DNA from: a virus
Strand: one strand, 5' to 3'
DNA length: 64,000 nt
Virus record (IMG/VR): IMGVR_UViG_3300036893_000044
Span: 6,192-70,191 of that record
Every line of letters begins with the position of its first letter. The stretch's first letter is position 1. Positions 63,785 through 64,000 of this stretch are shown here, in pieces. The translations under genes and the position numbers were made by a program. The notes beneath the pieces were generated by a model. The model worked only from the letters and a program-made list of their open reading frames with translations. It searched no databases and was not told where the DNA came from.

Positions 63785-64000
63785 CCGACTGGATCGAACA
63801 AGCCAAACAACATGTCGCCGACTGCGCCTTTCAGGACTACACCTTCAAAGTTGTCGAATCACAGACAACCGGAGCTGTCTACCTGCAAGGCGTGTACTGG
63901 GAGGCCGACACCCTCACCGGCAAGGTCGAGACGCAATTCACCCGCCGCTGGTTCCTGTCGCCGTCCATGGGTAAGAGCGAGATTGTGGCGACGGCCTTCA
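63781..64000 (+). CDS. Hypothetical protein, runs off window
   Basis: GAGGTG RBS; open to window end (DT.TG....Q..RRW.LSP.M..SEIV.TAF). Confidence 0.55.
   Translation, partial: MTDWIEQAKQHVADCAFQDYTFKVVESQTTGAVYLQGVYWEADTLTGKVETQFTRRWFLSPSMGKSEIVATAF

Larger units (their letters stand above)
1..64000. mobile_element. Temperate tailed phage (podovirus-like), probably of Acidobacteria; whole window
   Basis: Terminase-portal-scaffold-capsid-tail-ejection synteny, RecT/DnaB/integrase early region, no host housekeeping operons. Confidence 0.93.

Overview
The whole window is one temperate dsDNA tailed-phage genome segment; no host housekeeping genes or att junction are visible. The host is inferred to be an Acidobacterium, from the DnaB, ECF sigma factor and integrase sequence style and the many leaderless genes. 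Layout: (1) 0.8-9.5 kb: ParB, ECF sigma factor, small accessory ORFs, two DNA methyltransferases and a DUF1376 replication gene with iteron-like repeats. (2) 10-43 kb: podovirus-like virion module (terminases, portal, scaffold, HK97-type capsid, tail/adaptor proteins, GNAT, three ejection proteins) interrupted by three HNH-AP2 endonucleases. (3) 44-64 kb: early region with RNA ligase, RecT, Cas4-like nuclease, RlaP-like nucleotidyltransferase, KTSC proteins, Thg1, cold-shock protein, radical SAM enzyme, DnaB, acyl carrier protein, an Acb2/Tad1-like protein, tyrosine integrase and a DEDD exoribonuclease. The most interesting signals are four. First, a set of miniature ORFs resembles fragments of terminase, portal, capsid and tail-repeat domains, possibly decoys against pattern-recognition anti-phage immunity. 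Second, a covarying three-way-junction RNA leader sequesters the start codon of all three HNH-AP2 genes. Third, tRNA-like structured RNAs lie among dispersed RNA-repair genes. Fourth, a repeated TTGCAAGCGTG operator sits in promoter spacers. All family assignments are motif recognition by eye, not database results.
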